Source: Gemmatimonadota bacterium (lineage in GTDB: Bacteria > Gemmatimonadota > Gemmatimonadetes > Palauibacterales > KS3-K002). From it: a stretch of 64,000 nucleotides of DNA. Made by a program: the position numbers and the translations under genes. This document shows, piece by piece, positions 1-9,885 of the stretch. The notes beneath the pieces are model-generated. The model had not been told where the DNA came from, did no database searches, and was given only the letters and a program-made list of their open reading frames with translations. Position 1 is the stretch's first letter. Every line of letters starts with the position of its first letter. Location of the stretch: the NCBI GenBank assembly GCA_039586795.1, contig JBDHJS010000010.1, positions 20,039 through 84,038 on the forward strand, written 5' to 3'.

Positions 1-1
1 T

Positions 2-253
2 CGGGCGATCGCGCTTCGTCACCTACAGCGGGGCGGCAGTCCGAACCCGTACGACCGTCTCATCGCTCTACGCTTCGGCGCCGCCGCCGTTCGCTGCATC
101 CAAAACGGCGAGTTCGGTTGCATGGTGGCGCTCGACCCGCCACGGGTAGTTACGATCCCGCTGGCCGAAGCGGTGGCGCGCCGGAAGACCGTTCCAGTGG
201 ACGGCGACGTGATCACGACCGCACGGGACCTCGGCATCAGCTTCGGGGACTGA
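2..253 (+). CDS. pfkA: 6-phosphofructokinase, C-terminal part (runs off window start)
   Basis: Own translation of frame 2: ...LRHLQRGGSPNPYDRLIALRFGAAAV...TARDLGISFGD*. HxQRGG..DR is the PFK C-terminal signature. Not in the ORF track. Confidence 0.85.
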   Translation, partial: RAIALRHLQRGGSPNPYDRLIALRFGAAAVRCIQNGEFGCMVALDPPRVVTIPLAEAVARRKTVPVDGDVITTARDLGISFGD

Positions 254-311
254 GTCGGGCCAACGCGTCAATAACGAATGTTCAATACTTAAAGAGAGGG
301 AATACGAACCG

Positions 312-620
312 ATGCCCCAACCAGAAATCGTAATGCGTGTTCGATTCAAGTCAGATCTGACTTTTGACGAGGTCAACGAGATCGTAGAAGAGCGTGCCCC
401 TGAATTCGAGGCCCTCGCCGGCCTGCAGCAGAAGTATTACCTACAGGACGTAGTCTCTGGAGAGTACGCAGGCCTCTATGTCTGGGAGTCTGCCGAAGCA
501 CTGGATGAGTTCCGCCAGTCCAAGCTCAGGGCGACTATTGCGAGGGCGTATCAAACGCAGGGAGAGCCCGATATCGAGGTATACAAGGTCTTCAAGGTGT
601 TGCGGGACGATAACGCTTAG
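312..620 (+). CDS. YdhR-like / dimeric alpha-beta barrel monooxygenase family protein
   Basis: 102 aa; GLQQKYYL...YAGLYVWES pattern; AGAGGG RBS upstream. Confidence 0.65.
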   Translation: MPQPEIVMRVRFKSDLTFDEVNEIVEERAPEFEALAGLQQKYYLQDVVSGEYAGLYVWESAEALDEFRQSKLRATIARAYQTQGEPDIEVYKVFKVLRDDNA

Positions 621-714
621 CAAGCTTGTGGAGTCATCAGCTCGCCACGAGTTGCTCATCGCAGTCTGACAAGCGTTTGCAAAAGGAGCCAGGAAAGAAT
701 AGTCGAGTACTACC

Positions 715-1344
715 ATGAAGCTCGTTATCTTTGGATCAACGGGTGGGACGGGACGAGAACTGGTATCGCAGGCCCTCGATCAGGGTCACAACGTCGTGGC
801 CTATGCCCGAAATCCTGCAAGGGTTGATGACATCAAGCATGCGGCCTTGCAGGTCGTCCGCGGAGATGTTCTGGATCCAGAGGCTGTCGAAAGCGCTATA
901 GCAGGGCAAGAAGCTGTGCTATGCGCAATCGGAGCCGGCGCCGGGCGCACAACCCTGCGCGAGGACGGGACACGTAACATCGTTGAGGCGATGGAGAAGA
1001 CAGGCGTGCGGCGTCTGATGTGCTTGTCCTCGCTTGGCGTGGGTGACAGCCGGTCCAATCTCGGCTTCTTCACCAAGTACATCGTGGTTTCCGTCTTTTT
1101 GAGGCACGCCTTCGCCGATCATGAACGGCAGGAGGCTGTCGTCAAACAAAGCTCGTTGGATTGGACTATCGTTCGCCCTCCACACCTGAAGGATGGCCCG
1201 CAAACCGGAGTCTATCGGCATGGCTTTCCCGCGACGGACAGGCAAATAACGGGCATGATCTCGCGAGCCGACGTTGCTGACTTCATGTTAAGACAATTGA
1301 CCGACGATACGTATCTTCATCAGACAGCCGGCGTGTCGTACTAG
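715..1344 (+). CDS. NAD(P)H-binding atypical SDR (flavin/biliverdin reductase B-like)
   Basis: N-terminal GSTGGTG Rossmann motif; WTIVRP and ISRADVA motifs. Confidence 0.9.
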   Translation: MKLVIFGSTGGTGRELVSQALDQGHNVVAYARNPARVDDIKHAALQVVRGDVLDPEAVESAIAGQEAVLCAIGAGAGRTTLREDGTRNIVEAMEKTGVRRLMCLSSLGVGDSRSNLGFFTKYIVVSVFLRHAFADHERQEAVVKQSSLDWTIVRPPHLKDGPQTGVYRHGFPATDRQITGMISRADVADFMLRQLTDDTYLHQTAGVSY

Positions 1345-1414
1345 ATCGTCACACATGGCCTTAGGGCAACGGCCGTCGTGAGTGGAGTTATGGCGACTTA
1401 CCGAACCACAATAG

Positions 1415-1558
1415 CCACCCTTCCTTTGGGAGGACGTCGGCAAGACAATCCCCGATTACACGTTCCATCTTTTCGAGGAAGCCGGCCATAATCCGATGCT
1501 CGAATTCCCGCGAGAGTTCGATCGTGTTGTGATCAACTGGATCGAAGGCAGGAATTGA
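1415..1558 (+). pseudogene. C-terminal remnant of an alpha/beta hydrolase
   Basis: Own translation: PPFLWEDVGKTIPDYTFHLFEEAGHNPMLEFPREFDRVVINWIEGRN*, the typical catalytic-His terminal segment. In-frame TAG immediately upstream and no start codon for the N-terminal part. Confidence 0.6.
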
Positions 1559-1755
1559 CGTAGAAGAGAACCTGGTCTGCGATATTTCCCCTGACTTTTT
1601 CCCGGGCCCTTCGCGCGAAAGAAGGGCCCGAAGTTGTATCCCCGGCAGCGCGACCAAGGCGCAATACCCAACCAACCGAGGAACTTCGACCGTCTAATAG
1701 GCGTTATCCAATTCATCGTGAGTCAGCGAAATTGGCCAGCTGCGAGGAGTACGCC

Positions 1756-2037
1756 ATGAAAAAGTTCATGCTTCTGCATTTCGGCTTCGAAAGACCCACG
1801 CCTATGATCATGGATGCCTGGAACAAGTGGTTCGAGTCGATCGCCGAGCTGCAGGTCGACCAGGGCGGGTTCAGTGGTGGGCGCGAAATCTCAAAAGACG
1901 GAACCAAAGACCTGCCATGGAGCATGGACTCCATCACCGGCTACAACATCATCGAGGCCGAAGATCTCGACGCGGCAGAGAAGATCGCCCGAGATAACCC
2001 CTTCATCGCAAGCATCAGGGTCTACGAACTCCGGTGA
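1756..2037 (+). CDS. YCII-related (DGPF-like) domain protein
   Basis: GAGGAG RBS before ATG at 1756; ITGYNIIEAEDLDAAEKIA..P...IRVYEL pattern. Confidence 0.75.
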   Translation: MKKFMLLHFGFERPTPMIMDAWNKWFESIAELQVDQGGFSGGREISKDGTKDLPWSMDSITGYNIIEAEDLDAAEKIARDNPFIASIRVYELR

Positions 2038-2244
2038 AGATTCGGTCCCCCCTGTCAGGCTAGAATTACAGCAGAGATCCGCCAGATCGTCGGGCTGGGC
2101 TATTGCGCTGGGCACCTTCATTCCTATGGTGTTCTGACCCGGGTCTGCGCCTGGTCGAGTCCGCCGCGCTCCACTAGCGGAGGTCCAAGATCGCTACTCT
2201 ACAGCAGCGAACAGCCAGCCTACTCACGTGCGTCGTTCTCACTG

Positions 2245-2745
2245 CGGCCGGCGCGCATCTACGCGAACGGAATGTCAAACGGCGGAGGCATGGCGTTCGT
2301 ACTGTCCTGCACCTTGTCGGATCGGATCGCCGCCGTCGGTCTGGTAGCGCCCGCCCAGTCGCTTCCGTCGGACTGGTGCCCAGGAGCGCGACCGGTACCG
2401 ATGATCGCTTTTCATGGGGATGACGGCGGACCACTCGGCGATCCGGTCAATCCTGTGAAGCAGGTGTTTCCGGCCGCGCGGGACTTCGTGGCGGGCTGGG
2501 CAGAGAGGAACGGGTGCGCGGCCGAGACCGTCGAGTCAGCGGTCGCTCCAGATGTGATGCGCCTCGAGTACCCCGACTGCGCAGAAGGTGCCCCGGTGAT
2601 ACTCCACACTCTGCTTGGCGGAGGCCATTCCTGGCCCGGCGGCAAGCCGATGCCGGAGTGGCGAGTTGGAGCGACAATTACGAGCATCGACGCCACGGAA
2701 ACGATGTGGGCCTTCTTCTTGGAGCATCCGCTCCAGCAGCGGTAG
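2245..2745 (+). pseudogene. 5'-truncated PHB-depolymerase/LpqC-like esterase
   Basis: Frame reads RPARIYANGMSNGGGMA, so the nucleophile G-M-S-N-G sits at the apparent ORF start; FHG and GGGHSWPGG present; N-terminal half missing. Confidence 0.7.
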
Positions 2746-2806
2746 CGCGGCGATGGGTATTATGCCTCGCAGCAGGTTTCCCGGCTGAGTGCTATTGTTG
2801 ACCTTC

Positions 2807-3865
2807 ATGTCTCTCTTCACCTCCGACCGCGAGCGCCGCCTCTGGCTATGGACGCTGGCCGTCATGGTGGCGATCTACTCCACCCTGGGGCCGGCGCGGA
2901 CGCTGGTCGACGCCCTGCGCGAACGCAATCTGCTGCGGCTCTCCTTCGCAGTTGTCGTAGCTGTGCTGGTCGTGGCTATCGCCTGGCGATGGGCGAAGCA
3001 GCGCCCTAGTTGGAGCGAGATCGGGGTAGGGCTTGGCGTGGCGTTCGCCTATCTGGTGATGTTCGTCAGGACGGGGAGCCCAGAGGAGCGGACCCACCTG
3101 ATCGAGTACGGCATCGTGGCGGCGCTCATCCACCAGGCGCTGCAGGAGCGAGTGCGAAACGGCCGCCGGGTCCCGGCGCCTGCCGCCCTCACCGTGGCTC
3201 TGACCGCGCTGCTGGGTATCCTCGACGAATGCATCCAGGCGATGTTGCCGAATCGCGCCTTCGATTTCCGCGACATCTTCTTCAACGCTCTGGCCGGCTT
3301 CATGGTGGTCGTAGCCCGGTTGGCCCTGGCGCCACAGCGGCGGCCGGGCTGGCGCATATGGTTCTTCTGGCTGCTGGGCAGTGCCGTAGGCTGGGGCCTG
3401 GGCATGGAAGTGAGTTCGTTCTTTCTAGCGGGCGGGTTACGGAGCCTACGGTCGAGCCCCGACATCATCCTCGCCGGTTACCTAGGCGTGGCCGTGGGCG
3501 GGATTTTGGCCGGCTCCATGCAAGCGCTGGTGCTGCGAGGACACCTCGCTCGGGCCGGCCGGTGGGTGCTGACCAGCCTTGGCGCGGCGGCCGTTGTCGG
3601 CCTGATCGTGTTCGGGGTCGGCGCGGTCAACGCCGACATCGGTTGGGTCGCCGGGGCGAGCCTATACGGGACGTCCGTCGGGGCCCTACAGTGGACACTG
3701 CTGCGTGGACAGGTCCCTCGGGCAGGCTGGTGGGTTGTAGCCTGTACCGTTGGCTGGATCGTTGGCATGCCCCTGGGTGGCATGTTCGGCTGGATGGCTC
3801 TCGGAGCCGCCTACGGAGCGATTACCGGGACCGCGCTGGTCTGGCTGCTCAACAAGAGAGGGTGA
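2807..3865 (+). CDS. VanZ-family membrane protein fused to a Gly/Trp-rich multi-TM domain
   Basis: EERTHLIEYG, DECIQAMLPNRAFDFRDIFFN (VanZ motifs); C-terminal repeated W(L/V)..S..GW / G..Q..(V/L)LR helices. Confidence 0.7.
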   Translation: MSLFTSDRERRLWLWTLAVMVAIYSTLGPARTLVDALRERNLLRLSFAVVVAVLVVAIAWRWAKQRPSWSEIGVGLGVAFAYLVMFVRTGSPEERTHLIEYGIVAALIHQALQERVRNGRRVPAPAALTVALTALLGILDECIQAMLPNRAFDFRDIFFNALAGFMVVVARLALAPQRRPGWRIWFFWLLGSAVGWGLGMEVSSFFLAGGLRSLRSSPDIILAGYLGVAVGGILAGSMQALVLRGHLARAGRWVLTSLGAAAVVGLIVFGVGAVNADIGWVAGASLYGTSVGALQWTLLRGQVPRAGWWVVACTVGWIVGMPLGGMFGWMALGAAYGAITGTALVWLLNKRG

Positions 3866-3869
3866 AACC

Positions 3870-4222
3870 GTGTCAACTCAGAACGAAGCTGAGTGCCTCG
3901 CCCGCACCTGGATCGATGGTTGGAACGGCGGGAAAGCCGGATGAGATCCCCCTAGCACGCGACTTTCGTACACACGAGCCCGTTCGGCGTCATCAAGGGT
4001 CGGGACGAGTACCTGGCGAAGGTCAAGCCGATGGCGGCCAAGAACGTCACCGATCTCAGAATACTGAAGACGTTCGGCGGAGACCGTGAATCCGCGATTC
4101 GGTTCGAGATGATGACACCTAATGGCCCGGTGCAGGTTTGTGACTGGGTAGAAATCGAGAACGGGGAGATCCTAGCCATCACCTCCTTCTACGATCCAAC
4201 GAATCTGCCCTACCGCGAATGA
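3870..4222 (+). pseudogene. SnoaL/NTF2-like protein split by two +1 frameshifts (pseudogene or sequencing error)
   Basis: Three frames join: VSTQNEAECLARTWIDGWN | AGKPDEIPLARD | FVHTSPFGVIKGRDEYLAKVKPMAAK...AITSFYDP. Confidence 0.75.
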
Positions 4223-4331
4223 CGCTAGTACCCAGACGCTCCGTGAAACCAGCGTACCAGGGAGTGTCCACGTGAATGCCGCAACTAAGGAGGAATCCCG
4301 TGGCGCTGTTGTTCGCTAGGATTGCTGGCCG

Positions 4332-5003
4332 ATGCGATTGATCAGCTCTCCGACCGAGTTGACGACCGCAGTCACGGACGCCGTCATTGCGCTCTTGTGC
4401 ATTGGGGTGGTGGTGAACGTGTGGAGACTTCGCGATCACGACCGCTGGAAAGTGTCTGTGTGGTGCTGGGTGTTCGGACTGCTCGCGTTGGCATCCACGC
4501 TCGGAGCTGTGGCTCATGGGCTCGCACTGACGGACTCTGCACGATCGGCGCTGTGGCACCCGTTGTATCTCACGCTGGGTCTCACCGTGGCGCTGTTCTT
4601 CGTCGGCGCTGTATACGATATGCTCGGCAAGACCGTTTCCCGAAAGCTGATCCCGTGGTGCCTCGGAATCGGAGCTGGCGCTTACGCATTGACGCAGATA
4701 CTGGGAGGTGCGTTCGGGATCTTCCTGGCGTACGAGGCCGTAGTGATGGTCTCGGTGCTCGTCATCTACGTGCTCATTGCCGTTTCCGGCCGGCTGCCAG
4801 GCGCCACGATCATGGCTGGCGCGATCGGACTCAACCTCCTGGCAGCTGCGGTACAGGCAAGCGATGTATCGATTCGGGTGATCGTGCCGTTCGACCACAA
4901 TGGTGTGTTTCATCTCGTGCAAATCATTGCCATCGCGGTGCTGGCGTACGGCCTACGAATTGGCTTGACGAGAAAGATGCGGAACCGTCAGAGTTCAAGC
5001 TGA
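4332..5003 (+). CDS. Multi-pass membrane protein (DUF6962-like)
   Basis: About 7 hydrophobic segments; TELTTAVTD, GAVAHG and FDHNGVFH motifs. Confidence 0.6.
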   Translation: MRLISSPTELTTAVTDAVIALLCIGVVVNVWRLRDHDRWKVSVWCWVFGLLALASTLGAVAHGLALTDSARSALWHPLYLTLGLTVALFFVGAVYDMLGKTVSRKLIPWCLGIGAGAYALTQILGGAFGIFLAYEAVVMVSVLVIYVLIAVSGRLPGATIMAGAIGLNLLAAAVQASDVSIRVIVPFDHNGVFHLVQIIAIAVLAYGLRIGLTRKMRNRQSSS

Positions 5004-5060
5004 AACGGTGAGGCAGGGGGGGGCACAAGTGATATTGCCGGGTCAATAGCAGAGGTTTTT

Positions 5061-5726
5061 ATGAAAGTCGCTATCATCGGAGCTTCCGGTAAGAACGGGA
5101 CCAGACTTGTCCGCGAGGCGCTCGAGCGTGGACACGAAGTCGTGGCAGTCTGCCGCGATTCATCCGTCGAAAAGCTCGATGAGTTCTCCGGTAGTCCCGG
5201 CTTGACAGTGGTGAACGCCCCTGTGGTGTCCAACGAGACGATGCTGACCGAGGCGCTTGCCGGCTGCGATGCGGTGGTGGCGATACTGATCTCTGTGCGG
5301 CGCTTGAAAGCGACAGAGCTGGTCAAGTCCCTGGCCAACGCGACGGCCGCAAACGGGATCACCCGGCTGGTGTTCACCGCCGGTGAGGTGAGCGCCGTGC
5401 GGGAGGAGGGCGAGACCTACACCCTCAGACAGCGGATCCTCCTCACCGTGTTTCCGCCAATCGCGTTCTTCACACCGTACTCGATGACGGACATGCTGAA
5501 GGCTTCGGTGCTGGTCAAACAACAATCCGATTGGGACTGGACGATCATACGCGCCCCAGTGTTGCGCGACACGCCGGCGGCAGGTTACAGGTTCTGTGAA
5601 CTCAATGAGGTCACGGCGAAGCATGCCCTGTCCCGCGAGGACTATGCCGCCTGCCTTCTCGATTCGCTGGGCATGCCAGAGCATCACCGGCGTATGCTGA
5701 CGGTGGTGGCGGCCAACCCGACGTAG
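5061..5726 (+). CDS. NAD(P)H-binding atypical SDR
   Basis: GASGKNG Rossmann motif; WTIIRAP; LSREDYA. Confidence 0.85.
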   Translation: MKVAIIGASGKNGTRLVREALERGHEVVAVCRDSSVEKLDEFSGSPGLTVVNAPVVSNETMLTEALAGCDAVVAILISVRRLKATELVKSLANATAANGITRLVFTAGEVSAVREEGETYTLRQRILLTVFPPIAFFTPYSMTDMLKASVLVKQQSDWDWTIIRAPVLRDTPAAGYRFCELNEVTAKHALSREDYAACLLDSLGMPEHHRRMLTVVAANPT

Positions 5727-5842
5727 AGTGAACGTCGTTTTCTGTCTTCGACCCTGTGCCGGAGGTACTCAGGACTTTTGCGCGGGCAATCGCATCGACA
5801 GTTGTCCTTCAGTAGTATCAGGAAGACCAAGCACACGCTCAC

Positions 5843-6220
5843 ATGTTAAGCGAAATCCTCTTGTACCTCGGTTCGGCTGCCATAGCGATTTGGGGCAGCA
5901 TGCACATCGTCATGACACGGACTGTCGTCAAAGGCTTCGGACCACTTTCTCGTGACGATCATCTGGTCATCACGATGGAGTGGATCCTGGAGGGAGTGAC
6001 GCTCTGTTTCATCGCGGCACTTGTGACGGCCGTGACGTTGTCGGGAGGAGCGGATACCGAAGTGGCGAGACTCGTCTATCGAGCTTCAGCTCTGGTACTG
6101 CTCGTCATGGCCGGGGTGAGCCTTTTCACCGGGGCGCGGGCGGCCCCGCTCCCGTACAAGTTGTGTCCACCGATCTTCAGCAGTGTGGCGGCGCTTTACC
6201 TGGTCGCTAGCGTATTATGA
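5843..6220 (+). CDS. Hypothetical 4-TM membrane protein
   Basis: Hydrophobic helices; stop overlaps the next start (ATGA). Confidence 0.65.
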   Translation: MLSEILLYLGSAAIAIWGSMHIVMTRTVVKGFGPLSRDDHLVITMEWILEGVTLCFIAALVTAVTLSGGADTEVARLVYRASALVLLVMAGVSLFTGARAAPLPYKLCPPIFSSVAALYLVASVL

Positions 6221-8121
6221 CCGTGGGCATGGCCGCTATGAGGACTAGAAGAATGGCAGCTCAAATACTGGCGATACTTCTGCTCGCGCTAAGTCTCGGC
6301 TGGGTGGAGGACCGCTCCCCAGCTCAATCGACTAGCGAGCTCACGCTGGCGGATCCCGTCGAGCATCTGGCCGGCGTCGCCGTTCGGGAGCCTATGGTAG
6401 TCGAGCACCCGGAAGGCACGCTGTTCGTCGCCGGCTTCACCCAGGCGATCGAAGAATCGGGACGCTCGCCGAAGCTGTTCAGAAGCGCCAACGGCGGAGC
6501 AACCTGGGAGCGCGTTAACGTCGGGACGCCGGCCGAAGGCGCCGTGGGGAATTCGGACGTCGACTTGGCCGTCACCCGTGACGGAACGCTCTACTTCCTG
6601 ACCATGGGCTTCGACCGGACGACGTTCGAGGGCACACACGTCGCGGTCGGGGTGAGTCGCGACGTCGGCGCCACCTGGAAATGGACCTACCTGTCGCAGG
6701 ACCGGTTTGACGACCGGCCGTGGATCGTCGTGGCGCCGGACGGCACCGCGCACGTGATTTGGAACGACGGCCAGGGCGTCAACCATGCGGTGAGCACCGA
6801 TGCCGGTGAGACGTGGACGGAGCAACCCCGGATCCATCCGCGAGGTGGGTCCAGTCATTTCGCCGTAGGCCCAGACGGTGAGCTTGCCGTGCGCATCACG
6901 CCGCGGTCGGCCTCCGGTAACCGCTACGACGATGGCGTCGACCTGATCGCCGTGAGCCGGGACGGAGGCCAGAGCTGGGATAAGCGGCCGGCACCCGGCC
7001 GCCGCGACTGGAATCCCGATCCGGCGGCGCCCAACGTTCTGCCTCGCTGGGTGGAGCCCGTCGCGTGGGATGCGGCGGGCACACTGTATCACATGTGGAG
7101 CGAGGGCAGGTTTCTCTGGCTTGGCCGATCGGTCGATGACGGCGCGACATGGGTGGCCTCGCCGATCGCCAGCGGGGCGGCACCGCTGTACTACCCGTAC
7201 CTGGCGGCGCGCGGACGCGGCGAGCTAGCGGCGACGTGGTTCTCCGGCTCCGGCTATGAGTTGCGGGCCAACGTCGCCTTGATCGATGCCAGCGGAGACG
7301 CCGTGCCCTCGGTGCGCCGCGCCGAGCCGTTTCAGATCGACAGCTGGCGATCCACCGAAGGGACGTCGACGCGAGAACCGGGCGGGGAGTACCTACCGGT
7401 CCTCTTCCTCTCCGACGGGGAGCTGTGCGTGGTGGCGCCGATCCAGAACTACCCGGCGGACCGGCTCGGCTTCTCTTGGTACCGGACCCAACAAGCCGAG
7501 CGTGCGCACGTTCCGCTCGGCGGTGCCCCTGTCCTGGATGGCGTAATGTCGGAGGACGAGTGGTCGGATGCGGTGCGCTGGGAGTTCATCGGTGGAGAAG
7601 GTGTCTACGCAAAGCGTGATTCTGATTTCTTGTATCTCGGTCTGAGATCGCAAAGAGGTGGATTCGCTTCGATTGCGGTTTCCAAAGACGACACCATTAG
7701 GATCTTGCACTCATCGACGGCGACAATCACCGCAGTGTACGAGCTCGGTGCCTCTGGAAGCTGGCATCTGACGCAGGCCTTCGAGTCGGTGAACGGAACT
7801 TGGGACCCCGGGAGCCGTCGACCGCGACAGGGTGCGGAGGCCGAGCGGCTGAAGCAAGAACACCTGTCGACCTACTCCTGGCTTGCCAGCACCGTTTCGC
7901 TCGGGACCCCGAACGAGATGGAATACCAGATCTCTCTGGACCTTATCGAGCCCGGGGCATCGTTCATCTCCATCGTGCTCTACCAGCACGCTGGCGATGT
8001 CCGGTTCGCGCACTCGCCGTCGGGTCTTTCGGATGGCTCGCTGAATCGAGATTTGGTGCAGGGCGGGTCTCCGGAGACACTGGGCTTTAGTCCCGAGACC
8101 TGGATCTTGCTGGCCTGGTAA
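6217..8121 (+). CDS. Secreted BNR/Asp-box (sialidase-like beta-propeller) protein with a C-terminal CBM9/DOMON-like domain
   Basis: Signal peptide; repeated SxDxGxTW boxes (SANGGATW, SRDVGATW, STDAGETW, SRDGGQSW, SVDDGATW); PVLDGVMSEDEW...LYLG opens the second domain. Confidence 0.7.
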   Translation: MTVGMAAMRTRRMAAQILAILLLALSLGWVEDRSPAQSTSELTLADPVEHLAGVAVREPMVVEHPEGTLFVAGFTQAIEESGRSPKLFRSANGGATWERVNVGTPAEGAVGNSDVDLAVTRDGTLYFLTMGFDRTTFEGTHVAVGVSRDVGATWKWTYLSQDRFDDRPWIVVAPDGTAHVIWNDGQGVNHAVSTDAGETWTEQPRIHPRGGSSHFAVGPDGELAVRITPRSASGNRYDDGVDLIAVSRDGGQSWDKRPAPGRRDWNPDPAAPNVLPRWVEPVAWDAAGTLYHMWSEGRFLWLGRSVDDGATWVASPIASGAAPLYYPYLAARGRGELAATWFSGSGYELRANVALIDASGDAVPSVRRAEPFQIDSWRSTEGTSTREPGGEYLPVLFLSDGELCVVAPIQNYPADRLGFSWYRTQQAERAHVPLGGAPVLDGVMSEDEWSDAVRWEFIGGEGVYAKRDSDFLYLGLRSQRGGFASIAVSKDDTIRILHSSTATITAVYELGASGSWHLTQAFESVNGTWDPGSRRPRQGAEAERLKQEHLSTYSWLASTVSLGTPNEMEYQISLDLIEPGASFISIVLYQHAGDVRFAHSPSGLSDGSLNRDLVQGGSPETLGFSPETWILLAW

Positions 8122-8127
8122 GGAACA

Positions 8128-9006
8128 ATGGACCTGTATCGCAAGACGACTCCCTGCCTTTTGGCGATCGCTGCCTGTAGCCCCTCGAGCCAAGGGGCGG
8201 TGCAATCGCCCGAAGTCGATCGCATCCTGAGCGACGCCAGGTACGAATGGGTCACCACCGAGACGGCCGGAATGAGAATCCACTTCCCAACTGGCAGCTT
8301 TGCGGATGCGAACCGGGACAGCGTGACGCGCCGCGCCGAATCCTCAAGGAGCCACGTCCTTCGCCGTCTCGATGTCGCCGCTTACCCTAGCACACTCCAG
8401 CTGATCTACATTGACAGTCGCGATGACATGGAGCGGCTGATCGGGAGTCCCGTGACCGGGTTTGCCTACTACGGAGAAGACGCGGTGGTGCTGGTCTTCA
8501 ACGCGGATTGGCGCGCCTTCGAACGTCACGAACTCACGCACGTTGTCACGCTCCGAACCTGGGGGCGTGCCGCCGGAGCCGCTTCCGTGGAAGGCCTGGC
8601 CACGTTTGTCGATGGGGAATGCGGTGGCTACGAGAACGGTAGGGTGGCGCGGACCATTTCTGACGAAGGCTCGCTGATCGAGCTGCGGACTCTTGTACGC
8701 GAGTTCCGCACGCAGAACGATCTGATCGCGTACTTGCAGGCCGCGGCTCTCTTCGAGTTCATGCACGACCACCTTGGCGCTGGCGCCCTACGATCTCTTT
8801 GGACAGAAGGCCTGGGCAGCGCGCCAAGCCTGCTACAAATCTCGCCGGAGGAGTTGGAGCAGCAGTTTCAGGAGTGGCTCTCGGCAAGCTATGACCCGCT
8901 TCCGGAATTCGCGTGGCAGAAGATCAGGTCAGACGGATGCGGCATCACTGCTCATTCCGAAGGGCGACGCGCCGACGACACTGGAGATGGAACTGGCCTG
9001 CAATAG
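8128..9006 (+). CDS. Lipoprotein, gluzincin/peptidase MA-like metallopeptidase
   Basis: LAIAAC lipobox; HELTH followed by EGLA. Confidence 0.65.
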   Translation: MDLYRKTTPCLLAIAACSPSSQGAVQSPEVDRILSDARYEWVTTETAGMRIHFPTGSFADANRDSVTRRAESSRSHVLRRLDVAAYPSTLQLIYIDSRDDMERLIGSPVTGFAYYGEDAVVLVFNADWRAFERHELTHVVTLRTWGRAAGAASVEGLATFVDGECGGYENGRVARTISDEGSLIELRTLVREFRTQNDLIAYLQAAALFEFMHDHLGAGALRSLWTEGLGSAPSLLQISPEELEQQFQEWLSASYDPLPEFAWQKIRSDGCGITAHSEGRRADDTGDGTGLQ

Positions 9007-9026
9007 CTAACTGAGTGAGCTTTGAG

Positions 9027-9302
9027 ATGCGAGCAATGCTATGTCGGAACCGAGTAAAAGACTACGCGAGATGGAGGAGTGTGTTCGATTCCCATGCCGC
9101 GGGGCAGCAGGACTCCGGACTCCGTCTTGTGAACCTCTGGCGCGACATCGAAGAACCCAACAACGTCTTCTTCCTGTTCGAAGTCGATGATATGAACAAA
9201 GCACGCGCATTCATCAGCGCACCGGAGGCCGCCGAAGCGGGGAGAGCATCGGGCGTTATTGATGGTGAGTGCCACTTTCTCGAAACTGCCTTGGTCTGCT
9301 GA
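9027..9302 (+). CDS. Small cyclase/DUF3764-like alpha-beta barrel protein
   Basis: VKDYARWRSVFD...G...EPNNVFFLFE pattern. Confidence 0.6.
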   Translation: MRAMLCRNRVKDYARWRSVFDSHAAGQQDSGLRLVNLWRDIEEPNNVFFLFEVDDMNKARAFISAPEAAEAGRASGVIDGECHFLETALVC

Positions 9303-9327
9303 CCCGGTACGACCCGACAGGTGACCG

Positions 9328-9666
9328 ATGATAGGACGTGTTTGGCACGGCTGGACGACGCAAGCGAACGCTGACGCCTACGAGCAACTACTTCGAGAAG
9401 AGATCTTCCCCGGCATCGCCGGGAAGGGCGTTGCCGGCTACCGCAGCATAGAGCTCTTTCGTCGCCCTCTCGAGTCCGGTGAGGTAGAGTTCATGACGAT
9501 CATGTGGTTTGACTCGTGGGACGCCGTGCGAGAGTTCGCAGGAGAGGATTACGAGCACGCATACGTTCCGGCGAAGGCACGCGAAGTGTTGGCTCGGTTT
9601 GACGACCGCTCGCAACATTACGAGATCAGAGAGCAAGTCAACTACCAGGGTCCTGCTCATGGTTGA
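9328..9666 (+). CDS. Antibiotic biosynthesis monooxygenase-like protein
   Basis: MIGRVWHGWT...ADAYE...FDSWDAVREFAGEDYE..YVP motifs. Confidence 0.8.
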   Translation: MIGRVWHGWTTQANADAYEQLLREEIFPGIAGKGVAGYRSIELFRRPLESGEVEFMTIMWFDSWDAVREFAGEDYEHAYVPAKAREVLARFDDRSQHYEIREQVNYQGPAHG

Positions 9667-9847
9667 AACACAGGACGACAAACGGCCGCAGAAGGAGCCG
9701 GGAAGTATGCTCGGCGTGGGCATCGCCATCGGCGTCGGAGCCGGTGTGGCCATTGGGGCGGCGCTGGAGAACATCGCCGTTGGCATTGCCATCGGCGCCG
9801 GCGTGGGCGTTGCGCTGGGAGTCGGGCTGAGCGCCAAAAGCCGCTAG
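9659..9847 (+). CDS. Small glycine-zipper membrane protein
   Basis: 62 aa; repeated GIAIGxGxGVA; start overlaps the upstream stop. Confidence 0.65.
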   Translation: MVETQDDKRPQKEPGSMLGVGIAIGVGAGVAIGAALENIAVGIAIGAGVGVALGVGLSAKSR

Positions 9848-9885
9848 CCGGCCCGGCGAGTGAACCGAAGCGTGCCCGATCAGAG

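Noticed and set aside
1603..1630. 10-bp hairpin CGGGCCCTTC/GAAGGGCCCG as a terminator
   Set aside because: The T-run is on the wrong side for either strand; function unsupported
3010..4089. 359-aa alternative-frame ORF over the VanZ gene, and many similar long overlapping ORFs (36615-38063, 33048-34061, 47525-48589, 56777-57787, 57818-58846)
   Set aside because: Arg/Pro-rich or antisense shadows of well-supported genes, as expected in high-GC DNA
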